A stretch of DNA of 64,000 nucleotides from a virus (lineage: Duplodnaviria; Caudoviricetes), in IMG/VR virus record IMGVR_UViG_3300026549_000051, positions 1 through 64,000 of that record. The stretch is one strand, 5' to 3'. Made by a program: the position numbers and the translations under genes. The number at the start of each line of letters is the position of its first letter. Position 1 is the first letter of the stretch. The notes under the pieces were generated by a model. It was not told the origin of the DNA. It searched no databases and saw nothing but the letters and a program-made list of their open reading frames with translations. This document shows, piece by piece, positions 28,224 through 37,632 of this stretch.

Positions 28224-28547
28224 ATGCCTACTATAAAATATCTTGATTACGATGGTCTAGACTATTTCTGGGATAAGATTAACAATAAGAAGCAGGATAA
28301 GCTTACTGCTGGAAACCACATCGACATCTCTAACAACACAATCAAAGCAGTCGATTATGTTCACTCTGATAACCCAGTTCCTGCCTCTCAAGTGACGCCA
28401 GTTGTTACGAATAACATGATTGCGGATGGTACAATAACAGCAGATAAGTTAGCGTCTGGCGCAACCGTCAAGCTCACCTTGTCCACTTCGGATATCGGCG
28501 AAGGAGCCGCTTTAGCAGCTAATACGTTATATGGAGTTTATCAATAA
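28224..28547 (+). CDS. short fibre adaptor protein
   Basis: N-terminal KYLDYDGL, KQDKLTAG, C-terminal STSDIGEG module. Confidence 0.75.
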   Translation: MPTIKYLDYDGLDYFWDKINNKKQDKLTAGNHIDISNNTIKAVDYVHSDNPVPASQVTPVVTNNMIADGTITADKLASGATVKLTLSTSDIGEGAALAANTLYGVYQ

Positions 28548-29170
28548 TGGCAAAATTAAATTGTAGTTGCGGAAAACCAAAGGACGACTGCTGCCCGTTC
28601 CGCAAAATCGTAATACCAGCAGTAATGGGTGACGACTCGGAAGACAGCCCGAGCGCACCAGAAAATGGAGCATACCGCAATGCTCTAGTCGAATATGAAG
28701 CAAATGGCACTATGTACATGTATGCCAGTGATGGCATTTTTACGAAGCTGTCCATGGTGACTGGCGGCGCTGGCGCGGCTAGCATTACTTATGTGGATGC
28801 ACAGGACGCGAGGATATTGTCCGAAGCTAAGGCTTACACCGATGAGCACTCTGGCCAAGGCGGCGTTTCCCAACAGTATGTTGATGATAGAGATGCCGCT
28901 ATCTTAACCGAGGCAAAAACTTATGCCGACAACATTGGAGCGAATACTTTAAGCAGCGCTAAAACTTATGCCGAGGGAGAGGCAGAAACTGCCCTAAGTG
29001 ACGCTAAAGATTACGCCGATGGCGTTGGCGCAGCAACACTCGCCTCTGCGAACACAGCTATTTCTACGGCTATTGCCCAGGCGAATGTCCCTACCTTTAC
29101 TTTGTCTACCTCAGATATTGGAGAAGGCTCACCGCTCGCAGCTAATAACTTCTATGGAGTATACGAATAA
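28547..29170 (+). CDS. fibre protein with AK-x-Y(A/T)D coiled-coil repeats
   Basis: GDD...YEAN N-terminus; STSDIGEG C-terminus. Confidence 0.8.
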   Translation: MAKLNCSCGKPKDDCCPFRKIVIPAVMGDDSEDSPSAPENGAYRNALVEYEANGTMYMYASDGIFTKLSMVTGGAGAASITYVDAQDARILSEAKAYTDEHSGQGGVSQQYVDDRDAAILTEAKTYADNIGANTLSSAKTYAEGEAETALSDAKDYADGVGAATLASANTAISTAIAQANVPTFTLSTSDIGEGSPLAANNFYGVYE

Positions 29171-30381
29171 TGGCTACTAGCGGTTGGCAAAATGAGCAGA
29201 CGATTATAACGCAGACCTTCTCCAGATCTGTAATGCTAAAGGGTAATGTCTATATCGATACTATTACTCATAGTGGCACGAATCTGCGTGTAACCGGTAC
29301 GATTGCTCTTTGTACTCGTCAGCGACAGGGCTCTGGCGGTTCTATCACTTATTCTTACGACCAGTACGCAACTCCTGAAGGAGGTCCCGAGCGTGTAATC
29401 TGTTCCAAAGGGACGCGTATGCCAGTAGGAACAGATTTTTACTCCACATTCGATGTCACTATTGCGAATGTCCCAGCAACAGACACTGGCAGAAACTTTA
29501 CCGTTAACTTCCGTTGTCCGTCTGGGCAGTATGGCTATAATGTCAACCTTACTTGGTGGTTAAGCTTTGATTCCTCTGGTACTGCACCAACTGGTCTAGA
29601 TGTTTCTATCACGTCCATCCAGGACACAGGTGCAACCATGGCCGTCACTCTCGGTTCATATGGCTCGCCATCTAGCGAAGCAAACCGTTATATCGAAGCC
29701 GCTATTATGGGGCAGTCTACTTATGGCGGTCAATACCGTTTTGATATTGCGAAGGCTACAACGTCTGCCACGATTACAGTCAATAATAACTCGAGAACAA
29801 ATACCTCTAACCCATTGACGATTGTGCCAAACACCCAGTATTGGTATGGCGCGTATGCTTCTAACACCGTAATGTCTACCTATATGGTGAAGGGCACATT
29901 CATCACACTGCCGGCTTATATCACCAGCATTACGGCAAACGACGTTGGGCAGGGAGAAGTCTACTTTACCGTTAACCACGCCTCGGAGGGCACAGCAGAT
30001 ACGGCGATAACTGAACTGTCTTATAACCAAACCACCTGGCAGACAGTATCAGATAACTTCCATCTCGCCCTAACCGGGCAGACTACCTTATATGTCCGTC
30101 GGACTAACAGCTCAGGCTCAACGCCAGTTTATTCAATCTCGGTCGTACCAAGCACGCGCATTAAGCTTTATGGCTCCGTGAATGGACAAGCGCAGGAGAT
30201 TACAAAGCTCTACGGCTCTGTAAATGGTCAATCTAAGCGCATTCGTAAGCTTTACGGCTCAGTGAACGGACGTAGCAAGTTAATATTCGTTGATAGCGGC
30301 GACCCATGGTCTTCTCGTGGTTCCGGCACGGCTGGCGACCCGTATGTTATCTCGTCTAGCTTCGGGGATACAATTTCATAA
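29170..30381 (+). CDS. beta-rich fibre tip / receptor-binding protein
   Basis: Thr/Ser-rich Ig/Fn3-like strands; KLYGSVNG x3. Confidence 0.65.
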   Translation: MATSGWQNEQTIITQTFSRSVMLKGNVYIDTITHSGTNLRVTGTIALCTRQRQGSGGSITYSYDQYATPEGGPERVICSKGTRMPVGTDFYSTFDVTIANVPATDTGRNFTVNFRCPSGQYGYNVNLTWWLSFDSSGTAPTGLDVSITSIQDTGATMAVTLGSYGSPSSEANRYIEAAIMGQSTYGGQYRFDIAKATTSATITVNNNSRTNTSNPLTIVPNTQYWYGAYASNTVMSTYMVKGTFITLPAYITSITANDVGQGEVYFTVNHASEGTADTAITELSYNQTTWQTVSDNFHLALTGQTTLYVRRTNSSGSTPVYSISVVPSTRIKLYGSVNGQAQEITKLYGSVNGQSKRIRKLYGSVNGRSKLIFVDSGDPWSSRGSGTAGDPYVISSSFGDTIS

Positions 30382-30396
30382 TGGGAAAGGAAAAGA

Positions 30397-30669
30397 ATGG
30401 CAGCAGATGTTTGGCAGTTTAGTGTGAGCGCGTTAGCGAACGAGCTGAAAATCGCCGTTCCGACTTCAACGGCGGTCTATTATAAAATAATTCTCCCGGT
30501 TGCATTAGGCGGAAACGGCGACGGGGTGCGCGTCGATATAAGCTCTTCTTGCATGGAGAGCGGAACTTCACTTTCCTTCAGCGGGACTTGCAATGTTGCC
30601 GGTGCCAATGCCGTCACATTTGCGTATGACACTACGTCAGCTAGAATCGTCGCATGGTCAGTGGAATAA
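30397..30669 (+). CDS. small beta-rich virion protein
   Basis: ORF within fibre cluster. Confidence 0.55.
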   Translation: MAADVWQFSVSALANELKIAVPTSTAVYYKIILPVALGGNGDGVRVDISSSCMESGTSLSFSGTCNVAGANAVTFAYDTTSARIVAWSVE

Positions 30670-30682
30670 AGAAAGGAGGGCT

Positions 30683-31294
30683 ATGGCTACATATATTAAG
30701 ACACTAAAAGAAGACAATGGGGACATTACCTATCCCCAAACCAAGGCAGAAGCCGTCCTATTAAATAACGGTTCTGACCTCGAGACCGAGATTTCCCAGT
30801 ATGTGACGGCCGAGGAGATTGGTTCTACGGCGGCGGTTGATTATAGCGAAATATTGAGCAGGATATACCCAGTTGGTTCGATATATATGTCGGCCACCTT
30901 ATCCACTGCAGCCCAGGTCAATGCTACCCTTGGCGGAACATGGGTCGCATGGGGATCTGGTCGTGTCCCTGTTGGCGTCGACTCTTCACAGACGGAGTTT
31001 GATACGGTCGAAGAAACAGGGGGGAGCAAGTATATACAAAACCACACGCATGACATTCGATGGAATGGTCAGTCTGGCCGTAGGGTCCTTATGTCGTACA
31101 CTAGTGGTAGCGTGGCATCATTTGATTTGTCTGGGTGGCAGGCGGTTAATGCAGTCTCGAGCGACACCTCTCCGGTTAACCTAATGGCTGGGAAAGTCCA
31201 TGAGCCTAGTGACAACTTTGGGCTGTTAGACACCGGAAGCGCAGGAAACTTGCAGCCATATATAACCTGTTATATGTATAAAAGAATCTCATAA
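30683..31294 (+). CDS. tail fibre protein with gp10/collar-like C-terminal domain
   Basis: IYPVGSIYMS...GRVPVGVD...TGG...NLQPYITCYMYKR. Confidence 0.8.
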   Translation: MATYIKTLKEDNGDITYPQTKAEAVLLNNGSDLETEISQYVTAEEIGSTAAVDYSEILSRIYPVGSIYMSATLSTAAQVNATLGGTWVAWGSGRVPVGVDSSQTEFDTVEETGGSKYIQNHTHDIRWNGQSGRRVLMSYTSGSVASFDLSGWQAVNAVSSDTSPVNLMAGKVHEPSDNFGLLDTGSAGNLQPYITCYMYKRIS

Positions 31295-31305
31295 GGAATT
31301 TTGAC

Positions 31306-31839
31306 ATGGCAAAAGCAGTTACATTAAAGAATAGTAACAACGAAGAGGTTTATCCAGTAACGGACATATCTCTCGTGAATGGAGAGCTACCGACAGCTCG
31401 CATTGCAGACGACGCAATCACAACAGATAAGGTGGCAGATGGCGCAGTAACTTCGGACAAGATAGATTGGACGACATTTATCAAACAGACGGAAATGCCG
31501 ATAGTTTCATCTACCTCTATATCGTCTGCATGGACGGCAACGAATTTAGGTTCGGCGCTGACCGTGAGCGGCCTTGATGCGTCCGCGACCTATTCGGTTT
31601 TCGCCATGACCATCTATGCAGAAACCACCGGCGTGGGAGAGTTCAGGCTTCGGGCGACAGGGGCAAACACGGTTCAATGTAATTCATACGCGCCAGGACT
31701 TTTATGCGCAACGCCGTACCAGTTACAGGGTGTTCGACCAAACGCCTCTGGACAAATTACTTTTCAGAGGGTGTACAGCGGCGACGCGGGCAATGTTCGT
31801 TGCGGGCAATGCTATATAACGATTCTGCGTACCGCCTAG
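31306..31839 (+). CDS. tail fibre protein
   Basis: IADDAITTDKVADGAVTSDKIDW repeat. Confidence 0.75.
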   Translation: MAKAVTLKNSNNEEVYPVTDISLVNGELPTARIADDAITTDKVADGAVTSDKIDWTTFIKQTEMPIVSSTSISSAWTATNLGSALTVSGLDASATYSVFAMTIYAETTGVGEFRLRATGANTVQCNSYAPGLLCATPYQLQGVRPNASGQITFQRVYSGDAGNVRCGQCYITILRTA

Positions 31840-31854
31840 TATGCTATAATCAAA

Positions 31855-31978
31855 TTGCCATCCAAGGCAGAATAATGTGTATGATTTGCAGGCGTGCCAT
31901 CGCCGGTATAATCAGCAAGAGACCGCCGACAACTTCGCCCCTCTTTGTTCGAATGGAGGGGAGAAGCGGTGGTTTTTT
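31855..31978 (+). ncRNA. Candidate sRNA/leader ending in a large terminator hairpin
   Basis: GCTATAAT at ~31843, GGTATAAT at ~31904, stem ACCGC...CCCTC/GAGGG...GCGGT then T-tract. Confidence 0.35.
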
Positions 31979-32013
31979 GATGTCGCAACTGGGCTCAACA
32001 GTATAATAGAAGT

Positions 32014-32688
32014 ATGAAATATACAGTAAGCCAATTTGAGGAAATCTTCCGCACCCATATCGGTGACGGCACGATAGATATTCCTGAAGACTTTGTTATT
32101 AAGGCGCTCAACTGGTCTTTTAATGCGCTTCCTATGGTGCCTAAGCTAGCAAAGCTCTTTTCTAAACACAAACAAGTCCAGCTAGATGCCGAAGGGCATT
32201 ATCGCTGGAATCTGAACGGAGACTTTCGTCGTCTTCTTGACATTCCTATGATGAACTTTTGGACATCTACTGGCGGTGATATTTGCAAGCTTAAGATTTG
32301 CCACCGCGACGTTAAAGAGTTTTACGACCATAACGGTATCGTCTCTTTGAAGCATGCTGGCAGACCATGTGAATACACGATTGAGCAGGAGGACGACAAT
32401 ATCTGGCTCGTCTTCGATAGACCATTAGATGTGCCAGTAATCATTGACTACATCGCTTACGGCATCCCGAAACCAGTTAAAAGCAAGGATGATGTAATCG
32501 AGATTTCTGGCATTGCGGAGAACCTTATCTTAGATGTCATGCGCACGGTCTATTACCACGAGGCGGATGACTTTGCCTTTGCTGCCGACATCAATTCTTA
32601 TCTCGACAACAAGAAGGTGCTTGAGGCTATCCAGCAACTTAACCGTCGTTGGGGGGTTGAAGAAGCGACCATTGTAGGAGAAATCTAA
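32014..32688 (+). CDS. head-tail adaptor / tail tubular protein A-like
   Basis: Size and position before nozzle; GRPCEYTI...LVFDRP; leaderless start. Confidence 0.6.
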   Translation: MKYTVSQFEEIFRTHIGDGTIDIPEDFVIKALNWSFNALPMVPKLAKLFSKHKQVQLDAEGHYRWNLNGDFRRLLDIPMMNFWTSTGGDICKLKICHRDVKEFYDHNGIVSLKHAGRPCEYTIEQEDDNIWLVFDRPLDVPVIIDYIAYGIPKPVKSKDDVIEISGIAENLILDVMRTVYYHEADDFAFAADINSYLDNKKVLEAIQQLNRRWGVEEATIVGEI

Positions 32689-35243
32689 TGAGTGCTTGGC
32701 GCAACCAGAACAACTCACACCCACACGGACGCACCCCCAGCTATTATGCCAACCACAGGCTTTACCCGGGGGCTTATGCTCAGCCAGAGGCGCAGACCCG
32801 TACCAGCCGCCGCGTACACGATGGGTTCACGATTAATAACAACTACGGCCTTGATACTACCTCAGACGACATTAATTCCAGCCCGTATTCCAGCCCATAC
32901 TATATTAATGGCCGCTATAACTCCGATAACCTGACCACCCAGCGAGGCAATTCAGCCTCAGTCCAGGGGTGTGAGTTCCTTCTCCTACCGGACAAGGTAA
33001 GGATAAATAAAAAGGGCGAAACCGTTAAACTCTCTACTACAGAAGATTTTTCATACGATGACATGCAGACCACGATTGAGATGTGGCAAGGCAAACAAAT
33101 TAAGTTTGAGATTCCGTACGATGGTAAGGTAGTCGGCAATACAATCATGCTTAAAAACACAGGTGAGTGCACCGGCATTCTCTCTATTTACTTCTCCACA
33201 AAGCCAGACGCTGTGCCAATCTATGAAACTGCCATTGACCTCTGTAAAGTATCTTCTGACCGCTTCGAGAAATACACACTACATTCGATGACGGTTATCC
33301 CGCAATTAGCTAATCCAAAGAAGAAGCTTTATGTGCGCATGGAGATTTGGGACGAAGTAGACCAGAAGCGCTCCGCCAACCCATTCAATCCTGGTCGCAA
33401 GATTGAAATTGCAGCCACTGGCCTCGGCAACCATGAGGCGTGCGTTTATCGTTTACAAGATAAGAATACGATGGTGGAGGAAAAGTACGAGTACAAACCG
33501 TACCCAAGCCGTCCGCTTATCGGCTTAGTCTACAGCGACTTTGTCTCTGTCCCGGTTGACCGCATAGACAACATGAAGACTGGTGGAACAGTCTCTTATA
33601 ATAAATACCGTTACGATATCTTTTGCGTTAAAAATGGGTCAGCTGCTAGAGTTCTTATCTACGATAAAGAAATGAACAGACTTATCTGGAACGAGATAAA
33701 GGTGGATGGTCGCGTTAAACAACTAAATATCGCACAGGTTACAGATACTAATAAAGAAACCTGGATTTATTATGTGGACGGCTATTCTCCTTTGCAAAGA
33801 TTTAGGCTCAGACAGTGGAACGACGACGACCTCGAAAACGAGCCGATAGAGAGCATGGCGTTCAACACCGGCTCGGCGGACAACGTCATAGCGGAAATTG
33901 ATAGCGCCACCTTCTTCGATACTGACCTTGGTCAGCAGTCTGGCTATTATGTCTTCACCTTCAATGATGGTACTTGGTGGTACAACGAACAAGAGATAGA
34001 TATCGCGACATATGGCATCACCTTAGTGGGCGGCTCACCAAGCGTCGGCGCAGTCATTAATATCTCTTACACGGTTACTTCTGGTGGTACTAAGACGGTC
34101 GAGAGCATTGAATATGTTGATGCTCGCCCGGTTGTAGGTGCAAGCCTGATTATGTTCCACAATAACCGTCTCTTCCTCTCTGGCTTCCGTAGTGACCCTA
34201 ACCTCGTTCAGATATCTTCTATCGAGGCCGCAGGACCAAACTTCACGCAGTTCCCATACCGCTTCTATACCCCTAACCGCAGTCCGTACGACACCTCTCT
34301 CACACCTATTACGGCTATGGTGGAATACGCCTCTGACCAGATTATGTTCCTCGGTAAAACCTTCTTTACTATTTTCCAGACTTACTCGAGCAGTTCAGCT
34401 TCTAGCTTAGAGGGCGGCATGCCAACGCAAGTCTCTACCTATGTAGACTCGGCTGGCGTACAGAGCCAAGGCGATGTAGTCAATTATAAGGGTGTCATCT
34501 ATTCATTCGATCAGAAAGAGGGTATCCGTCGTTACTCGGGTGCGACTTGGTCTCGCCTCCCAACCACAGTTGATAGCCACTATGACCGTGTCGATATGAC
34601 GAAGCCTCGCAAGATTTGGGGCTACGCCAACAAGCTTTACTTCAACTACACTGATAGCATAGACGGCAAGGCTAAGTGCCTTATCTGGGACATGCAGATG
34701 AATTACCAACAATACCCATGGTTCCAAGATGTGGACATCCCATTCTGCGATGCCCGCTTCGACGAAACAGAAGAGCTCGTAGGCATTCACCCAGACTATC
34801 CGTGCATTATGCGTCTATACGCAGAGGACACCTGGGCTCGCCTAGACACCCCAATCGTCTTTAGGCGCGATACGAAGTACCTCAATCTACCCGGAAACGC
34901 TGCCGACTTCATCGTCAAGCGTGTTCATGTGAAGATTATCAATAACGCTAACCGATGGTGGTGGTTGTCTATTAATGGCGACAAACAAAATATGACCCAG
35001 TTTAGGGGTCACGATAAGTGGTTCCGCCAGCCAGTTTGGGACACTATTACGGTAGAGGAACCAGCTGAAACGCCATTCCCGGTAGAGGACGTGTTCGAGG
35101 AGAATGCTATTTATAGGATGTCCCTCACGAACCTCCGTCTTACCTGTTCGGCAGTGCAAGTGCGCACGAGAGTAAAAACTTTCCGCTCACAAGCAAATCT
35201 TGTCAGCGTTGAGCTAGAGGTTGCTCCAAAGCAATATCTCTAG
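32688..35243 (+). CDS. tail nozzle / stabilisation protein (beta-propeller)
   Basis: 851 aa beta-rich; FHNNRLFLSG and YKGVIYSF propeller blades typical of P22 gp10/T7 gp12-like proteins. Confidence 0.7.
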   Translation: MSAWRNQNNSHPHGRTPSYYANHRLYPGAYAQPEAQTRTSRRVHDGFTINNNYGLDTTSDDINSSPYSSPYYINGRYNSDNLTTQRGNSASVQGCEFLLLPDKVRINKKGETVKLSTTEDFSYDDMQTTIEMWQGKQIKFEIPYDGKVVGNTIMLKNTGECTGILSIYFSTKPDAVPIYETAIDLCKVSSDRFEKYTLHSMTVIPQLANPKKKLYVRMEIWDEVDQKRSANPFNPGRKIEIAATGLGNHEACVYRLQDKNTMVEEKYEYKPYPSRPLIGLVYSDFVSVPVDRIDNMKTGGTVSYNKYRYDIFCVKNGSAARVLIYDKEMNRLIWNEIKVDGRVKQLNIAQVTDTNKETWIYYVDGYSPLQRFRLRQWNDDDLENEPIESMAFNTGSADNVIAEIDSATFFDTDLGQQSGYYVFTFNDGTWWYNEQEIDIATYGITLVGGSPSVGAVINISYTVTSGGTKTVESIEYVDARPVVGASLIMFHNNRLFLSGFRSDPNLVQISSIEAAGPNFTQFPYRFYTPNRSPYDTSLTPITAMVEYASDQIMFLGKTFFTIFQTYSSSSASSLEGGMPTQVSTYVDSAGVQSQGDVVNYKGVIYSFDQKEGIRRYSGATWSRLPTTVDSHYDRVDMTKPRKIWGYANKLYFNYTDSIDGKAKCLIWDMQMNYQQYPWFQDVDIPFCDARFDETEELVGIHPDYPCIMRLYAEDTWARLDTPIVFRRDTKYLNLPGNAADFIVKRVHVKIINNANRWWWLSINGDKQNMTQFRGHDKWFRQPVWDTITVEEPAETPFPVEDVFEENAIYRMSLTNLRLTCSAVQVRTRVKTFRSQANLVSVELEVAPKQYL

Positions 35244-35575
35244 TCGCCAAGGTCAATCTTGAGTTCTGCCGCAAAGCGACGAATCTCACGCCTTAGACGC
35301 TCAATATCAAGCTCGGAGTAATAGAACTCTCCGAGCTTTTTGAGATACACATTCTTCTTACGAATCATATCGTTCGAGATAATCTCTTGATCGATGCAGT
35401 CTAAAAACGCTCCGCCTACATCCATATTCTTTGCCTCATAGACGATGAGACTCTTAATATAAGAGGCATTAGTGAGCACTCTTTTAATGTTTGCGACAGA
35501 AAAAACGGACACAATATGTGCCGCCAGCACCCGATACGGGTCGTCATACTCTTTGTGTTTGCCTATACACCCCAT
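35240..35575 (-). CDS. hypothetical protein
   Basis: AGGAGG RBS inside HNH-AP2 tail. Confidence 0.7.
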   Translation of the reverse strand: MGCIGKHKEYDDPYRVLAAHIVSVFSVANIKRVLTNASYIKSLIVYEAKNMDVGGAFLDCIDQEIISNDMIRKKNVYLKKLGEFYYSELDIERLRREIRRFAAELKIDLGD

Positions 35576-36114
35576 GAGCTTCTACTCCTCCTATCTATCT
35601 CTGAGCCATACAACTGCTTTTCTAGTTCCTTTCTCTTTTTTATGGCGTCATCTACATTATTAAAATATCCAGTATACTGAAACTTTTCCTTGAGTTTTAT
35701 CGTTACCTCCCAAGTGTCGTACGTTCCACCTGTTTTTTTATTCCTCACCCTCCTAACTCCAGGGTATGGTCTATTTTCTTTTGCAGATTTTCGCCTACTA
35801 CGATTAGCGGAGTTTAGACTGTACGAGACCTCTCTAAGGTTTTCTCTGCGATTATCTAATTTATTTCTATTTATGTGGTCTATCACCATACCTTTATCTG
35901 GTTTCTTATAGACAACATGGTGTAGAGAGATATTTTTTGTTTTCCCGTTCTCTTTTACCGACTTTATAGCGTAACCGTGTGAGTCTAATCTCCAGCTATT
36001 CATTTCTACTTTGTACACATCATCAGCAGATACAAGAGCGTACCCTTGTTTTGCGTTTTCGCCTAGCGGGACAAACCCAACACCGTCTTTTATAATAATA
36101 GCCCTAGCCTTCAT
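35563..36114 (-). CDS. HNH-AP2 homing endonuclease
   Basis: IDHINRNKLDNRRENLR plus AP2-like YPGVR...W...GYF...A...R. Confidence 0.9.
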   Translation of the reverse strand: MKARAIIIKDGVGFVPLGENAKQGYALVSADDVYKVEMNSWRLDSHGYAIKSVKENGKTKNISLHHVVYKKPDKGMVIDHINRNKLDNRRENLREVSYSLNSANRSRRKSAKENRPYPGVRRVRNKKTGGTYDTWEVTIKLKEKFQYTGYFNNVDDAIKKRKELEKQLYGSEIDRRSRSSWGV

Positions 36115-36425
36115 AAACCCCAAGACCCCCTTCGCCGTCTACTCCCTCTCCTGCGAGAGTTCTCTTTTTTACCGCGGTTTGTTTTGCGGGAAACCACCCG
36201 AAGGTTACTTGAGACGTTGTGCCTAGGGTTACTATCTTTATGGTCGATATCTTTTCCGTCGCCCTTATGCACTCTGCCAGATTTGAGGGCTGAGCGTCGG
36301 GCGGAGTTGCGAGACGCACGCTCCGCCTTAGCTTTTGCCGAGCTTTGGAACTTCTCGTATTCGTGCTTAACGCCAGCAGCCGTGCGCTTGCGTTTGCCGT
36401 TTACTGTAACCCAAAGCCTGCCCAC
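36111..36425 (-). CDS. small basic HNH protein
   Basis: DIDHKDSNP...NLRVVSRKTNR. Confidence 0.8.
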   Translation of the reverse strand: MGRLWVTVNGKRKRTAAGVKHEYEKFQSSAKAKAERASRNSARRSALKSGRVHKGDGKDIDHKDSNPRHNVSSNLRVVSRKTNRGKKENSRRRGSRRRRGSWGL

Positions 36426-36427
36426 GA

Positions 36428-36889
36428 TTAAGCCTTTGCTGCAGCTTCGATTTGAGCTTGCATCTTAGCGTATTCTTCTTCGGCCTTCTCTTTTGACATG
36501 CCGTTTAAGATAGCCTTGAAGATGTCTGTCTTGTGTTGGGCGTCCATAAACTCTTTACGAGCAGCTTCGAGTTCGTTGGCTTTTGCGGCGTTAGCCTTTT
36601 CAAAGCCCTCAAAATCTTTAACAGCCTCTTCCGTTGAAGGCAGTGCACGGTATTCGTCTTCAAGCTCCTTGGTAAGTAGGCCTCTGCGCCATAGCAAGAA
36701 CATAATATTGTTGGCTTGAGAAACCATCCAACCCTTGAGCATAGCTTCGCAATACCCATCCCCGTTCACCATGCCAGAAGCGTTGTTGAAAATCTCTGGC
36801 ACATTAGAGAAGTGCGCGATGTCGTTCTCGTCCGTCAAAATATCTAAGGCTTTTTTAATTAACTGGTTTGCTTGTTTAGCAGTTTCCAT
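36428..36889 (-). CDS. hypothetical protein
   Basis: GAGGAG RBS, helical. Confidence 0.75.
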   Translation of the reverse strand: METAKQANQLIKKALDILTDENDIAHFSNVPEIFNNASGMVNGDGYCEAMLKGWMVSQANNIMFLLWRRGLLTKELEDEYRALPSTEEAVKDFEGFEKANAAKANELEAARKEFMDAQHKTDIFKAILNGMSKEKAEEEYAKMQAQIEAAAKA

Positions 36890-36926
36890 GCTTTCTCTCC
36901 TCGTTTAGATTACTAATCTAAGTTTA

Positions 36927-37610
36927 TCATTCTACCAGCTTCAAGCCAAGTCGGTTAAGGAAAGCGGTGTCTTCTGGAGAGAGGCGCGTGCCGTAGTTCA
37001 TATCGACATAACTATCGCCCACATTGTATGCAAGGTTTGGAAGTTTAGTACCCTGGTTGCGAGTAACGATATTATAAAGCTGGTTGTACTCCTGCTCATT
37101 TAGTGCTCGTGCTGCTGCATCAAGAATCTGTTGGTTAGTAGTGAGACCAGCACGTTGTGCCACAGTGCCAAAGCGGATAGGAGACTTGTTGGCATTACGG
37201 AATTGTGAACCTCCACTAAGGTCCTTGTAGTAATAATCTCCAGCCTCGTTCAATACGGTCGCGCCGCTCGGCAATGAGGTGTTGGTGTTCGTCTCGTTGA
37301 GGTCATTGATGGCATCGTTAATACTAGCCAGTTGGTTTATATAGTTCGTTGTATTACTGCGTAACTTGTCGAGCCCGGTCTGATAAGACTGCTGAAGTTT
37401 TATCTGGGCGGGGAGATAGGTATTGGTATCATACTGCATCTTTGCACGCTCGGGGAAGTTAGAGTACATCATTCCAGCAGTGTTGGCAGCCCCCATAAGG
37501 TTCTGAAACTGGTTGCGCCTATTGTTCTCCAGGTTCTGCACGCCCAAATCACGCTGGCGATCCAACTCGTTTCGATAGTTAGCAATAAATGAATTTACTT
37601 CATCGTTCAT
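36927..37610 (-). CDS. putative ejection/internal virion protein
   Basis: Gln/Asn-rich coiled N-terminus like 16425; Cys-free; leaderless start. Confidence 0.55.
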   Translation of the reverse strand: MNDEVNSFIANYRNELDRQRDLGVQNLENNRRNQFQNLMGAANTAGMMYSNFPERAKMQYDTNTYLPAQIKLQQSYQTGLDKLRSNTTNYINQLASINDAINDLNETNTNTSLPSGATVLNEAGDYYYKDLSGGSQFRNANKSPIRFGTVAQRAGLTTNQQILDAAARALNEQEYNQLYNIVTRNQGTKLPNLAYNVGDSYVDMNYGTRLSPEDTAFLNRLGLKLVE

Positions 37611-37632
37611 ATCTTTATTTTATAATAACTAT
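37611..37632. promoter_or_regulatory. 22-bp bidirectional leaderless promoter
   Basis: TATAAT-N6-ATG on plus overlapping TAAAAT-N6-ATG on minus. Confidence 0.65.

Noticed and set aside
27048-31839. Diversity-generating retroelement or invertible fibre cassette
   Set aside because: No reverse transcriptase or invertase; shared modules are diverged at DNA level, without an adenine-specific mismatch pattern that I could see
31900-31978. GTTCGAAT resembling a tRNA T-loop
   Set aside because: No closing G-C pair, no D or anticodon arms; part of a terminator-like hairpin
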